DNA from: a virus
Lineage: Duplodnaviria > Caudoviricetes
Strand: one strand, 5' to 3'
DNA: 64,000 nucleotides
IMG/VR virus record: IMGVR_UViG_3300026274_000001
Shown: one piece after another, positions 54,710-63,652 of the stretch
How positions within the stretch are numbered: position 1 is the stretch's first letter
How the letters are laid out: each line of letters begins with the position of its first letter
The notes under the pieces: model-generated
Seen by the model: the letters and a program-made list of their open reading frames with translations, nothing else
What the model was told of the DNA's origin: nothing
The model's database searches: none
Program-made: the position numbers and the translations under genes

Positions 54710-55095
54710 AATGAGATTATTGGTGGTAACTTGTCATATGTAAGTGCGGTTAAAACGGCATCAATGTCATTATCGCAATGTACGATAATTGATATTTGAT
54801 TCTTTGCTGGAGTCATGGGTACAGAAACTACAGTTACCCAAGCTGGTTCTTGCAATGAGCGCTTAACCCATAGATTGATGTCATGTACGGCGGCAACTAA
54901 TTCCAATACGATGTCACCAATACGACTCATTGAAGTTGACCAATATGAAACACCATAACGTGCCACGGTAAAAGCGTGTTTACCGGTGCGTTCTGGCGTT
55001 CCAGTGTTAATGTCAACCAAACAATTACTGATCATTACGTCGTAAAGCATATCTAAGTCCATGTTTACACCCAATCTGTTAAGAGGAGTTGTCAC
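54706..55095 (-). CDS. FKLxW-family protein (divergent)
   Basis: INLWVKRSL...HCDNDIDAVLTALTY. Confidence 0.6.
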   Translation of the reverse strand: MTTPLNRLGVNMDLDMLYDVMISNCLVDINTGTPERTGKHAFTVARYGVSYWSTSMSRIGDIVLELVAAVHDINLWVKRSLQEPAWVTVVSVPMTPAKNQISIIVHCDNDIDAVLTALTYDKLPPIISL

Positions 55096-55145
55096 TCCTC
55101 TTACTTACACAGCCAAATTCTGGAATATCTGGTGACGATCTTCAA

Positions 55146-55631
55146 TCAGAGTTCATATACTTTGTGACTATTCGATTGCATACCATTTAGCTTCATATAC
55201 ATGCCAATCATATCCAAATCATCCTGTGTATCAACATGAATTGAGAGAGTTAATTCGTAAGGAGTAACTTGTGTTTTCTGATCAATCTCAAAAAACAAAT
55301 GGAATTTACCCATTACGTTCCCTTCTGCTATTTCCCATATTGGCATACAATCTTGCAGCAATTCAATATCCACAGCGTCATAGTCAATGTCGCCATAGGG
55401 ATTGTTTATGTTAAACGCTGACATCGAATCCACCGATGCAGTTAAGAACACAAGCGAAAATTTACGAACTACCGTGAATGTTGTGAACTTGTGCAATCTA
55501 GGGAATGGATGTTTACCCTGTTGCACCAGCTTTCGATTTTGTTCTTGTGATTGAATAGTCAGATAATACTTTTCTGCCGCACTTTTACGCCATTGTTCTT
55601 CGAAAAATGCGTCTTGCGCCGCTCTATCCAT
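55146..55631 (-). CDS. hypothetical protein, possible divergent family member
   Basis: IHVDTQDDLDMIGMYMKL; ATG 55631 abuts the topoisomerase stop. Confidence 0.55.
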   Translation of the reverse strand: MDRAAQDAFFEEQWRKSAAEKYYLTIQSQEQNRKLVQQGKHPFPRLHKFTTFTVVRKFSLVFLTASVDSMSAFNINNPYGDIDYDAVDIELLQDCMPIWEIAEGNVMGKFHLFFEIDQKTQVTPYELTLSIHVDTQDDLDMIGMYMKLNGMQSNSHKVYEL

Positions 55632-55632
55632 C

Positions 55633-57513
55633 TTACAATCCGATCCAAGCTTTACGATCATCTGATCTCTTGGAATTAAAAATCAAATCCAATGTTTCTT
55701 TCATATCGCCGTTTTCATCAGTCAACGCCATAAGCTTTGGTTCAGCAAGAGAATATGACCAGTCATCTTCAGTCAATGTTCCCAATCCCTTAGCTCGGGT
55801 AATACCCCAGCCCTTGTATTGCTCTGAATCGAAATCCAAGTGGTTATCACTGTACCAATACTTTCTAGTCTTACCCTTTTCAGCAATAATAAACGGAGTC
55901 ATAAAAATATGAACTACCGGTTCCTGCTTGGGGTCGTACAATTCTGGCCAGTACGTGAAGAAAAAGTTATTCAATAACGCACCAATATTCAGACCGTCTG
56001 GATCCATGTCATGAGCGATATAAATCTTACCAAAGCGCAGATTTTCACGCTTTGCTTTCTGACCTGGAATCAGACCAACCGCATTCATGATATCCTTCAA
56101 TGCGCCATCTTCCAGAACGTCCTTGATTGCTGCTCCATGAACATTCATAACTTTACCCTTCAATCCCAAGCCCCCGTGGATCTTTGGATCGCGTACCGAT
56201 GCCATACCACTGATAGCTGACAATCCTTCGGCCAGGAACAAGATGCACTTTGTACGATCGGTACCGCTTGCATCCATCAGACCAGCTACCTTGCTGCGCA
56301 GAACTTGCTTAACTAGCTTATTGGTATCAGCCGCATCTTTCTTCATCGTGCGTTCAGCACAGCGAGCATAGATTGCGTCTATCCAATCGCCATACTTCTT
56401 GATAATGTTCTTGAAGAAGTCAGGATCCTCTAATGCTTTACGCACGTGAGTGGAAGTTTCTTCGTTATTCAGTCGAGTCTTGGCTTGAGAGTTAAAGTTT
56501 GGCGCATCCATGGTTGTGATGTTATACATCAAGAGACCATCGGCTAAGTCACTTCGGTTTGGTTGCAACTTACGCTTCTTGCTTTCACGCTCTAAGGCAG
56601 ATAACAACCCGGAGAAGAAGTAACGCTTGAAAGTGTCCATGTGGACACCACCGTCAAATGCTGGAATGGAGTTGACTAGTGAATGTTGATGCTCACCATC
56701 TTCAAAGAAATGTGGGATCAACCAAAAGTCACTAGTGAAAGAACCTTCCTGTACACCAATATGAATTGGCTTAAAGCCTGGGAACAAATTCTTTTCAAGA
56801 CCTGGCTTAACTTTAACCTTAGTGCCGTTATAGTAAATGCTGATTTTTGGATTACACAGAGCGGCTTCGTAGATACGAGCTTGCAAGAATTCTTCAGGCA
56901 ATGTCATATCTGGGAATACTTTTGATGACAGTTTAAATGTCACCATAGTGCCTGTTGCTTTGGCAGTATTCTTTTTCTTGATTACTGGGGCCTCGACGAT
57001 TAGATCTGAATCTAATTCGGCACCTTCAGTAAATTCTTGACGGAAATGTTGATTATCGCGTTCTACATCTAGATGAAACCACTCTGAACAGAAGTTCACC
57101 ACAGACGCACCAATGCCGTTTGTGCCTCGAAGCTGTCCACGTTCACCGAAGTTACGACCAGCCCTGGCATGGCTCAATGCCAGCGTCGCAGCATGTACGC
57201 CGTGCTCTTCGTTAAAGTCGATTGGAATACCACGACCATTATCAGCAACGCTGAAGATCATAGTGGTTGGATCATATGTGATATCAATTCGATCGCCATG
57301 ACCATGACCTGCAACTTCGTCAAGCGAATTATCTAAGATTTCACGGAATGCAACGAATACTGACGGAATCCACGTTTGTTCGGTGGCGTAGGGTGCACCA
57401 TTTTCATACTGTAGAACTATTTGTGTATGAGGATCACGAGAACCCAAATACATCTCAGTTCGAACCCGTGCGTGTCCTGCTTCTGTTAGCTTAACAATTG
57501 TGTCGTTTGCCAT
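55633..57513 (-). CDS. type II DNA topoisomerase, ATPase+TOPRIM subunit (T4 gp39+60/GyrB-like, unsplit)
   Basis: EILDNS.DE, DNGRGIP, GRNF...GTNGIG, LAEGLSA, HDMDPDG, RAKGLG. Confidence 0.95.
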   Translation of the reverse strand: MANDTIVKLTEAGHARVRTEMYLGSRDPHTQIVLQYENGAPYATEQTWIPSVFVAFREILDNSLDEVAGHGHGDRIDITYDPTTMIFSVADNGRGIPIDFNEEHGVHAATLALSHARAGRNFGERGQLRGTNGIGASVVNFCSEWFHLDVERDNQHFRQEFTEGAELDSDLIVEAPVIKKKNTAKATGTMVTFKLSSKVFPDMTLPEEFLQARIYEAALCNPKISIYYNGTKVKVKPGLEKNLFPGFKPIHIGVQEGSFTSDFWLIPHFFEDGEHQHSLVNSIPAFDGGVHMDTFKRYFFSGLLSALERESKKRKLQPNRSDLADGLLMYNITTMDAPNFNSQAKTRLNNEETSTHVRKALEDPDFFKNIIKKYGDWIDAIYARCAERTMKKDAADTNKLVKQVLRSKVAGLMDASGTDRTKCILFLAEGLSAISGMASVRDPKIHGGLGLKGKVMNVHGAAIKDVLEDGALKDIMNAVGLIPGQKAKRENLRFGKIYIAHDMDPDGLNIGALLNNFFFTYWPELYDPKQEPVVHIFMTPFIIAEKGKTRKYWYSDNHLDFDSEQYKGWGITRAKGLGTLTEDDWSYSLAEPKLMALTDENGDMKETLDLIFNSKRSDDRKAWIGL

Positions 57514-57684
57514 ATTTGCTCTCAATTAAAGGTTGTATTTGTAACATTGATTAGTTAAAGGTGTCAAAATGCCATTTAGGCATGGCTAATATTACTTTTC
57601 ACCATTCCATTTATACCGCGGCATAATATTATTTACTTTGGCGCTTTAGTCATAAATAATCTGATTACGGATTAGGAGTCCTAT

Positions 57685-58242
57685 ATGCAAACAATTTACA
57701 ATGTATCAATTGCGGCCTTTACTGGTATGTCAACTCAGGCTACGCTGGGATTTGTTGACAACACTACGGTTGCACAATATTTGGCATTAAGTCCTGCCCC
57801 AACCAATTTTACTCTGGGACAATCAGAAGCTAAAACGCAAGGCAACTGGCGCTGGAAATATATTCTGCAATCGCTAGCTCTAATGGCAAACCCATATGTG
57901 ATGAATATGATCGCTACTGGTGGTGCAGCGAACACAGATCCAACGAACTTTAGTTTTGACGTTTATTTCGAACGCGATTCAGCTGTTACTACGGTTGACA
58001 ATAATGGCAATATTTTGGTTGGTGCCCCAGCGGTGCAATTTGTGGTGGCTAGCGCATTATCTGTTACGCAATCACCAGTCCTTGAATATTATGACCCAAC
58101 ATTGTCAACTACCGTACAAGATGACTTAACTACTGGCCCTTGGGATTATGATGATCAACGTGTTGGTACCTTGGTTATCGGTGCCCTTGCTGCCAATGCT
58201 GCTGCGGCATTGTCAAATATTACAGTTACTGTGATCGCGTGA
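57685..58242 (+). CDS. putative late/virion protein
   Basis: ATAAATA at 57652-57658, AGGAG SD; T/A/N-rich. Confidence 0.65.
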   Translation: MQTIYNVSIAAFTGMSTQATLGFVDNTTVAQYLALSPAPTNFTLGQSEAKTQGNWRWKYILQSLALMANPYVMNMIATGGAANTDPTNFSFDVYFERDSAVTTVDNNGNILVGAPAVQFVVASALSVTQSPVLEYYDPTLSTTVQDDLTTGPWDYDDQRVGTLVIGALAANAAAALSNITVTVIA

Positions 58243-58406
58243 AGACCTTTCATACACTCACGAAGATTTACGAAGTCGCAAAAGAATTATTCGAACGCGG
58301 CATCATTGATCGAGACAAATTACGTGAGTTTTATGAATTGGTTTATCTAAATCAACTTAACGTCGTCCGCGAAGCTTATAAGGCCAAGCGTGACGCACGT
58401 AAGTAA
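58239..58406 (+). CDS. 55-aa helical microprotein (not in ORF track)
   Basis: GTGA overlap; KIYEVAKELFERGIIDRDKLREFYEL. Confidence 0.55.
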   Translation: MKTFHTLTKIYEVAKELFERGIIDRDKLREFYELVYLNQLNVVREAYKAKRDARK

Positions 58407-58496
58407 CCAAATTGCCAGTTTCAGCTACGATAAATATTTTATGCTGGTGCACACACTCGCTTTATACTCTATCTAAACTAAAACAAGAACAAAATA

Positions 58497-59945
58497 ATGA
58501 AACTCTTTTCTGGCATAATTACAATACTTTTTGCATTACTCATATCGGCAACTGCCGCATGGTTTTCCGTAGCTGGTCTTATTGCTTTGTTTGCAGCGAC
58601 CGCTATTCCGGTTATGATCATGGGTACCGTTCTCGAGACTAGTAAGCTCGTAGCCGCAGGCTGGCTACACGCTAATTGGAAAAACCGTAATGTCAATTTT
58701 CTACACAAGTCATATCTAACATTGGCCGTACTTGCTTTGATGTTAATTACATCTATTGGTATATATGGCTTTCTGTCAAAGGGTCACTTGGAACAATCTG
58801 CTCCAGTTGCTGGTATTGAACTACAAGTCAATGCAAAGCAACAACAGATACAAATGTTGACCGATACAAATGCACGATTGACTACTGAGCTTAAACAGCT
58901 TGATGCAAGCGTTGATTTGTTCCTTCAAAGTGGCAAAGCTACCGCTGGGCTTCGTGCCCGTAAAACCCAAACATCAGAACGTGCTGACATTCAGAAACAG
59001 ATGAATGACAACAATGATCAGATCTCAAAACTGAGTGCCGATATACTGCCACTCAAGCAACAGACTGCAGAAGTCGAAGCTAAGTTGGGTCCAGTCAAGT
59101 ACGTTGCACAGTTGTTTGGATGGCAGGATACCGACAAGGCAGTCCGTTTGGTTATTATGGTCATTATGTTCGCATTTGACCCATTAGCCGTTATTTTACT
59201 TTTGAGTGCCACAATTTCTTTTGCTGAATATGTAGAAGAGAAAGCGGCAAAGAGAGAAAAAATGGCCAAGGAGCCCTTGCCATCAAACGAAGACATGCGA
59301 GTGGTATCACCAAGTATGGCGTATTCATCAGAATATCGATTGTCAAAAGGTCAACTTATTGATCCAGTCCTTAACAGTAACAGTGTTACTGTAACAGAAC
59401 CTGGTTTTGATATTACTGGCAATCAAGCAATCACACCTGATCCGAGTTCTCAGGATGAGGTGGCAACAAACGAAAACAATGTTGAAGTAAAGAACGCAAG
59501 TGAAAATACTATAACATCAATTCGTCACGACCTAGAAGATTTACAAGGTCGTATTGAACCCACTTTCGGTACTCCTACAACAGTAGTTGATACCGAAGAG
59601 CCAGTCTTCCAACAAGAAGAACCAGCGCAAATTCACGAAGATAAGCTCGCGGAATTGCGTGCGACTGACCAAATGTCTCCAGAAGTTGGAACTATTGACG
59701 AGGTTGCCCCAGAGACTGCGCCAGAAGCTCACCAAGAGCCCACTGTCGTATTCACTACTCCTGTTGTTGAACTGGCACCTAATGATAAGGAACGTCTTAT
59801 CGAGATCCTCGAGAAACGTCCTGAAATTCTCCAAGACTTAATTGACGTGATTAGTTCACATCGTCAACAAGAAGAAACAACGGTTGCGAAAGCTCCAGTT
59901 GTTAATGCTCCAGTGGTTAATCAGCCAAAGCCTTGGATTAGCTAA
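58497..59945 (+). CDS. conserved large-phage membrane protein with coiled coil and acidic tail
   Basis: ISATAAWFS..GL..LF...MG..LE..KLV.A.WL; GP.KY.A; FAFDPLAV.LL. Confidence 0.8.
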   Translation: MKLFSGIITILFALLISATAAWFSVAGLIALFAATAIPVMIMGTVLETSKLVAAGWLHANWKNRNVNFLHKSYLTLAVLALMLITSIGIYGFLSKGHLEQSAPVAGIELQVNAKQQQIQMLTDTNARLTTELKQLDASVDLFLQSGKATAGLRARKTQTSERADIQKQMNDNNDQISKLSADILPLKQQTAEVEAKLGPVKYVAQLFGWQDTDKAVRLVIMVIMFAFDPLAVILLLSATISFAEYVEEKAAKREKMAKEPLPSNEDMRVVSPSMAYSSEYRLSKGQLIDPVLNSNSVTVTEPGFDITGNQAITPDPSSQDEVATNENNVEVKNASENTITSIRHDLEDLQGRIEPTFGTPTTVVDTEEPVFQQEEPAQIHEDKLAELRATDQMSPEVGTIDEVAPETAPEAHQEPTVVFTTPVVELAPNDKERLIEILEKRPEILQDLIDVISSHRQQEETTVAKAPVVNAPVVNQPKPWIS

Positions 59946-59993
59946 TCGTTAGGACTACATAAATACCTTTACAGGACTTTTAAGGGAATTTTG

Positions 59994-61256
59994 ATGTCAG
60001 ACGTCGACCAAAATCTACATTGCTCTTTTTGTAAAAAAGGAGCCCAAGAAGTAAAGAAGCTTATCGCTGGCCCAGAGTCAGTTCACATTTGTGACGAATG
60101 CGTATCATTGTGCTACAGTATTCTTAATGATACAGAACAGGCCTCATCTAAGCCAGCAGAAACGAAAACAGATTTGGGCGATATTCCAAGTCCGGCAAAA
60201 ATCAAAGGGTTCCTTGACCAATATGTTATTGGTCAAGATTACGCTAAGATGGTTATTTCAGTTGCCGTTCATAATCATTATATGCGTCTCCAAAACCCCA
60301 TCATTGATGAGGTTGAAATCGAGAAGAGTAATATCCTGGTGCTTGGTCCGACCGGGTCAGGTAAGACATTACTTGCGCAGTCAATTGCTCGTTGTTTGAG
60401 CGTTCCGTTTGCTATCGCGGACTCAACTGGCCTCACAGAAGCTGGTTATGTTGGTGATGACGTGGAAAGTATTGTCAGTCGTTTGTTACAGAACGCTGGT
60501 GGTGATGTGAAGAAAGCTGAACAGGGTATCATTTACCTTGACGAAATCGACAAGAAGAGCAAGAAGGATTCAGCTTCTGGCTCACGTGACGTTTCCGGCG
60601 AAGGGGTACAGCAAGCACTGCTGAAGATTATTGAAGGTTCTGATATTATGGTATCGGCGGGTGGCAAGAAAGGGCCAAATGCTGAACAAGTTAAAATCAA
60701 TACTAGAAATATTTTGTTTATCGTTGGTGGTGCATTCGTGGGTGTTGAGAAGGTAGTTGAGAAAGCTTTGAACAAAAACAAGGGTCTTGGATTTGGTGCA
60801 AACTTGAACGACCAGAAGATTGACATAAATGATTTACTGCGTAAAGTTGAACCATCACATTTGATGAACTACGGTATAATTCCTGAACTTATTGGCCGTT
60901 TGCCAGTTATTGCTCCTTTGCAAGAATTGTCAACAGATCAAATGGTTCGTGTATTGACTGAACCCAAAAATGCAATTGTCAAACAATTTGCAAAAATGTT
61001 TAAACTTGAAGGCGTCGAACTTGAAATCACACCAGAGGCCCTGGCTGAGATATCAGAAATCGCAATCAAGCGCAAGACTGGTGCTCGTGGATTACGTTCC
61101 ATCCTCGAAAATAACCTGATTGCAACACAATTTAAGTTGCCAGATCTAGTTGCTGCGGGCGCGACTAAAATTCTAGTAACTCTTGAAACAATCCGTGAAG
61201 GGAAAGAGCCGCAAATCCTTTATGGCAATGATAACAAATCAATTGCGACTCAATAA
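59994..61256 (+). CDS. clpX: ClpX ATPase
   Basis: CSFC...HICDEC zinc-binding domain, GPTGSGKT, GYVG pore-1 loop, DEIDK, RDVSGEGVQQALLK, LGF loop, TGARGLR. Confidence 0.96.
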   Translation: MSDVDQNLHCSFCKKGAQEVKKLIAGPESVHICDECVSLCYSILNDTEQASSKPAETKTDLGDIPSPAKIKGFLDQYVIGQDYAKMVISVAVHNHYMRLQNPIIDEVEIEKSNILVLGPTGSGKTLLAQSIARCLSVPFAIADSTGLTEAGYVGDDVESIVSRLLQNAGGDVKKAEQGIIYLDEIDKKSKKDSASGSRDVSGEGVQQALLKIIEGSDIMVSAGGKKGPNAEQVKINTRNILFIVGGAFVGVEKVVEKALNKNKGLGFGANLNDQKIDINDLLRKVEPSHLMNYGIIPELIGRLPVIAPLQELSTDQMVRVLTEPKNAIVKQFAKMFKLEGVELEITPEALAEISEIAIKRKTGARGLRSILENNLIATQFKLPDLVAAGATKILVTLETIREGKEPQILYGNDNKSIATQ

Positions 61257-61266
61257 CGAGGAAATA

Positions 61267-61803
61267 GTGACACCAAAATTGGAAATGAACGAGCGAATCA
61301 CAAGTCAAAAGGTTCGCTTGATTGACGCACAAGGCGTTCAAAAGGGCGTAGTCAGCATTCGAGACGCCCTGTATCAAGCACGACAAGCTAATCTGGATCT
61401 GGTGAAGATTGCAGAAGCAAACCCGCCCGTTTGTAAGATTGTCGACGCTGGTAAATACGTCTATGAGCAAGACAAGGCAAAGAAAGAACTTGCGAAGAAG
61501 CAGCGTGCAAATGCTGTGGAACTCAAAGAGGTTCAGTTGCGTCCAACCACCGACCTGAATGACATCAAAATCAAGGCACGTAAAGCACGTGAATTTTTGG
61601 AAGATGGCGATAAGGTGAAAGTTGTCATGCGTTTCCGTGGTCGAGAAATCACCCACAAAGAAGTTGGCCAAGCAGTCATCAACCAATTCATCAAAGAACT
61701 TGGTGAAGTGCGTATGGAGCAGCCTGTCACCCAGCAGGGCAACCAAATTACGGCGCTAATCGCCCCGGCAAAGAAAGAAGCCAAACAGGAAAAGGCAGCT
61801 TAA
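61267..61803 (+). CDS. infC: translation initiation factor IF-3
   Basis: NERI....VRLID, LDLV.I....PPVCKI.D.GKY.YE, KEV.LRP, DKVKV..RFRGRE; GAGG SD then GTG 61267. Confidence 0.95.
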   Translation: MTPKLEMNERITSQKVRLIDAQGVQKGVVSIRDALYQARQANLDLVKIAEANPPVCKIVDAGKYVYEQDKAKKELAKKQRANAVELKEVQLRPTTDLNDIKIKARKAREFLEDGDKVKVVMRFRGREITHKEVGQAVINQFIKELGEVRMEQPVTQQGNQITALIAPAKKEAKQEKAA

Positions 61804-61820
61804 CCAACTTTTAGCTGTAC

Positions 61821-61872
61821 AAACAACCTGGAATTGCTTACCGTTAACTCTGTAGGTATTTCCAGGTTGTTT
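61821..61872 (+). terminator. long hairpin after infC (terminator-like)
   Basis: AAACAACCTGGAA/TTCCAGGTTGTTT 13-bp inverted repeat. Confidence 0.65.
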
Positions 61873-61883
61873 TCATTTGTGGC

Positions 61884-61917
61884 TTTACTTCTAGACTAGA
61901 TGAACATATCATCTAGT
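61884..61917 (+). promoter_or_regulatory. sigma70-type promoter inside a 9-bp inverted repeat
   Basis: TTTACT-N17-TATCAT; ACTAGATGA/TCATCTAGT. Confidence 0.6.
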
Positions 61918-61939
61918 ATCATTGCATAGGGAGTGAGTT

Positions 61940-62308
61940 ATGGTTGTTAAAATGATCATTAAGGAAATCGAGAAACGCGACGTGCTGGAACTAGCACCTG
62001 ATGAACTATCTGACGCGTTCGCTAACCGTTATGTGAATGATTTGTATAACGGTCGACATCTGAGAATCACATGTGAGGAAGCTGTCGATACCTTCATCTA
62101 TGTTTCCGAAACCGCCCACCCGAAAAGCAGAAATTCAATCTCCGACGACCACCGTCTGAAACTCATTTACGATCTCGAGAGCAACCTCAAATCTGGGCTG
62201 CTCAGCAACGGAATCGAAGGAGCAAGCAATTCAATCTATCATACAATTTCAATGGTCGCTCGCGCGGTCTTGTCAACCGAACGCAAATTGAAGGTAGTTA
62301 GGCGCTGA
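61940..62308 (+). CDS. hypothetical protein
   Basis: GGAG SD. Confidence 0.7.
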   Translation: MVVKMIIKEIEKRDVLELAPDELSDAFANRYVNDLYNGRHLRITCEEAVDTFIYVSETAHPKSRNSISDDHRLKLIYDLESNLKSGLLSNGIEGASNSIYHTISMVARAVLSTERKLKVVRR

Positions 62309-62310
62309 AT

Positions 62311-62691
62311 ATGACCATCCCGTTCACCCACAAAGCTTTCGAGGATCTCCTTATGGAAGATTCCGAACGAGGTATGAAGGCCGTGGGTAGAGCATTGATA
62401 GCGCTGACCGAACTGCAAACTGAATACGAACGACGAACCAATCAATCGGTTAATCACAACCATAAAGGGTTCAATGCAGTTGACGCTAGGATAGGGATGG
62501 ACAATGCAGATCACTTCAGACGCTTTGGTTTCCTGCAACCCGTGCAACTTCGGTACTGGCGAAAACAAGATAAATTCGGAAATGTAAGAATTTGTAAATA
62601 CATTGAACAGCTCATAATAATCGCAAAAAGAAAAGCTGGCTATGTGGAAAAGCAGGAACCACAGGCTGTTCAATTGAGCTTACCGTTGTAA
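62311..62691 (+). CDS. conserved phage hypothetical protein
   Basis: RAL.AL...QTE.E....S...N..GFN..DA pattern. Confidence 0.75.
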   Translation: MTIPFTHKAFEDLLMEDSERGMKAVGRALIALTELQTEYERRTNQSVNHNHKGFNAVDARIGMDNADHFRRFGFLQPVQLRYWRKQDKFGNVRICKYIEQLIIIAKRKAGYVEKQEPQAVQLSLPL

Positions 62692-62715
62692 CCAGACATA
62701 CTACCGGGGACTATA

Positions 62716-62916
62716 ATGACAACAGTACAGAAAAGCCTTGACTCAAGTGAAGATTCATCTTACATTGACTACATGGCAGCAGAAATTTACGGTGATGCAA
62801 GCTTGTTAGGAAGAGCAGACATCATCTACAGTAACGGACATGCAACAGAACAGCTTGATATGCGCGAACGTGTTGATATTTTTGCAACACCACACGACAA
62901 TCTCAAGAATCTTTAA
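62716..62916 (+). CDS. hypothetical protein
   Basis: 66 aa. Confidence 0.55.
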   Translation: MTTVQKSLDSSEDSSYIDYMAAEIYGDASLLGRADIIYSNGHATEQLDMRERVDIFATPHDNLKNL

Positions 62917-62948
62917 TTCCGAAAGGAGCAGCAAACGGAGGTGCGTAT

Positions 62949-63402
62949 CATGGGTGAACGATTGGGTGCGGAAATTGCAGGTGGTGTGGTCGGCGGCGCC
63001 GTGTTCTTCGCTGGATGGGGCCTGGCAAAACTGCTTACCGCTCCCTTCCGTCATTCCCATAACGCAATGAAGAACGAAATCCACGCTAGTCAAGAACGAG
63101 TGTCCCAAACTCGAACAGTGACGAAGACATGTTTCTTCTTCCAAGCAACGCAAAACACCCAAGAGTACGACGAATACGATATCGGTAATATGATCGAAGC
63201 AGATCAGAAATGGAAAGCTGATGCACCCCGTCGTCAAGCAGATGCAGAACTCAACATGGTGTTCGCCCATGCAAGAGAACAACAAATCCAAGCAGAAGGC
63301 GGATACCCGTGGCAACGTCAAGCAGCTTGGGATGCTGAAAAGGCAAGAAAACAAGCAATCAGGAAAGAAAAAGGCTGGATCGTAGCACTGTTCGCAAAGT
63401 AA
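62949..63402 (+). CDS. single-TM hypothetical protein
   Basis: GGAGG SD; N-terminal hydrophobic segment. Confidence 0.65.
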
Positions 63403-63413
63403 TTCGTAGCATC

Positions 63414-63461
63414 GAAGACCTCCTAGCTTCCGGACCATTACGGATTACTCAGGAGGTCTTC
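63414..63461. repeat. 11-bp perfect inverted repeat
   Basis: GAAGACCTCCT/AGGAGGTCTTC. Confidence 0.7.
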
Positions 63462-63652
63462 ACCATTCAATCCACCCTCACTAAAATCTTTCACGAATCC
63501 TTCAGGAACATTCATGGAGGTTAATGATAGCTCTCTTTACTATGACGAAACCCAGGGAGAACTATCAATTCTGGTCGACATAAACTATGTGTTCTCTCAT
63601 ACGCCATAAGCCATAAATATCCGTTGGGAGATTGTAACCCTCAGGAGAACAT

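Noticed and set aside
61165-63438. Long minus-strand ORFs 61165-61746 and 62806-63438
   Set aside because: Antisense to infC and to SD-supported plus-strand genes; no recognisable motifs.
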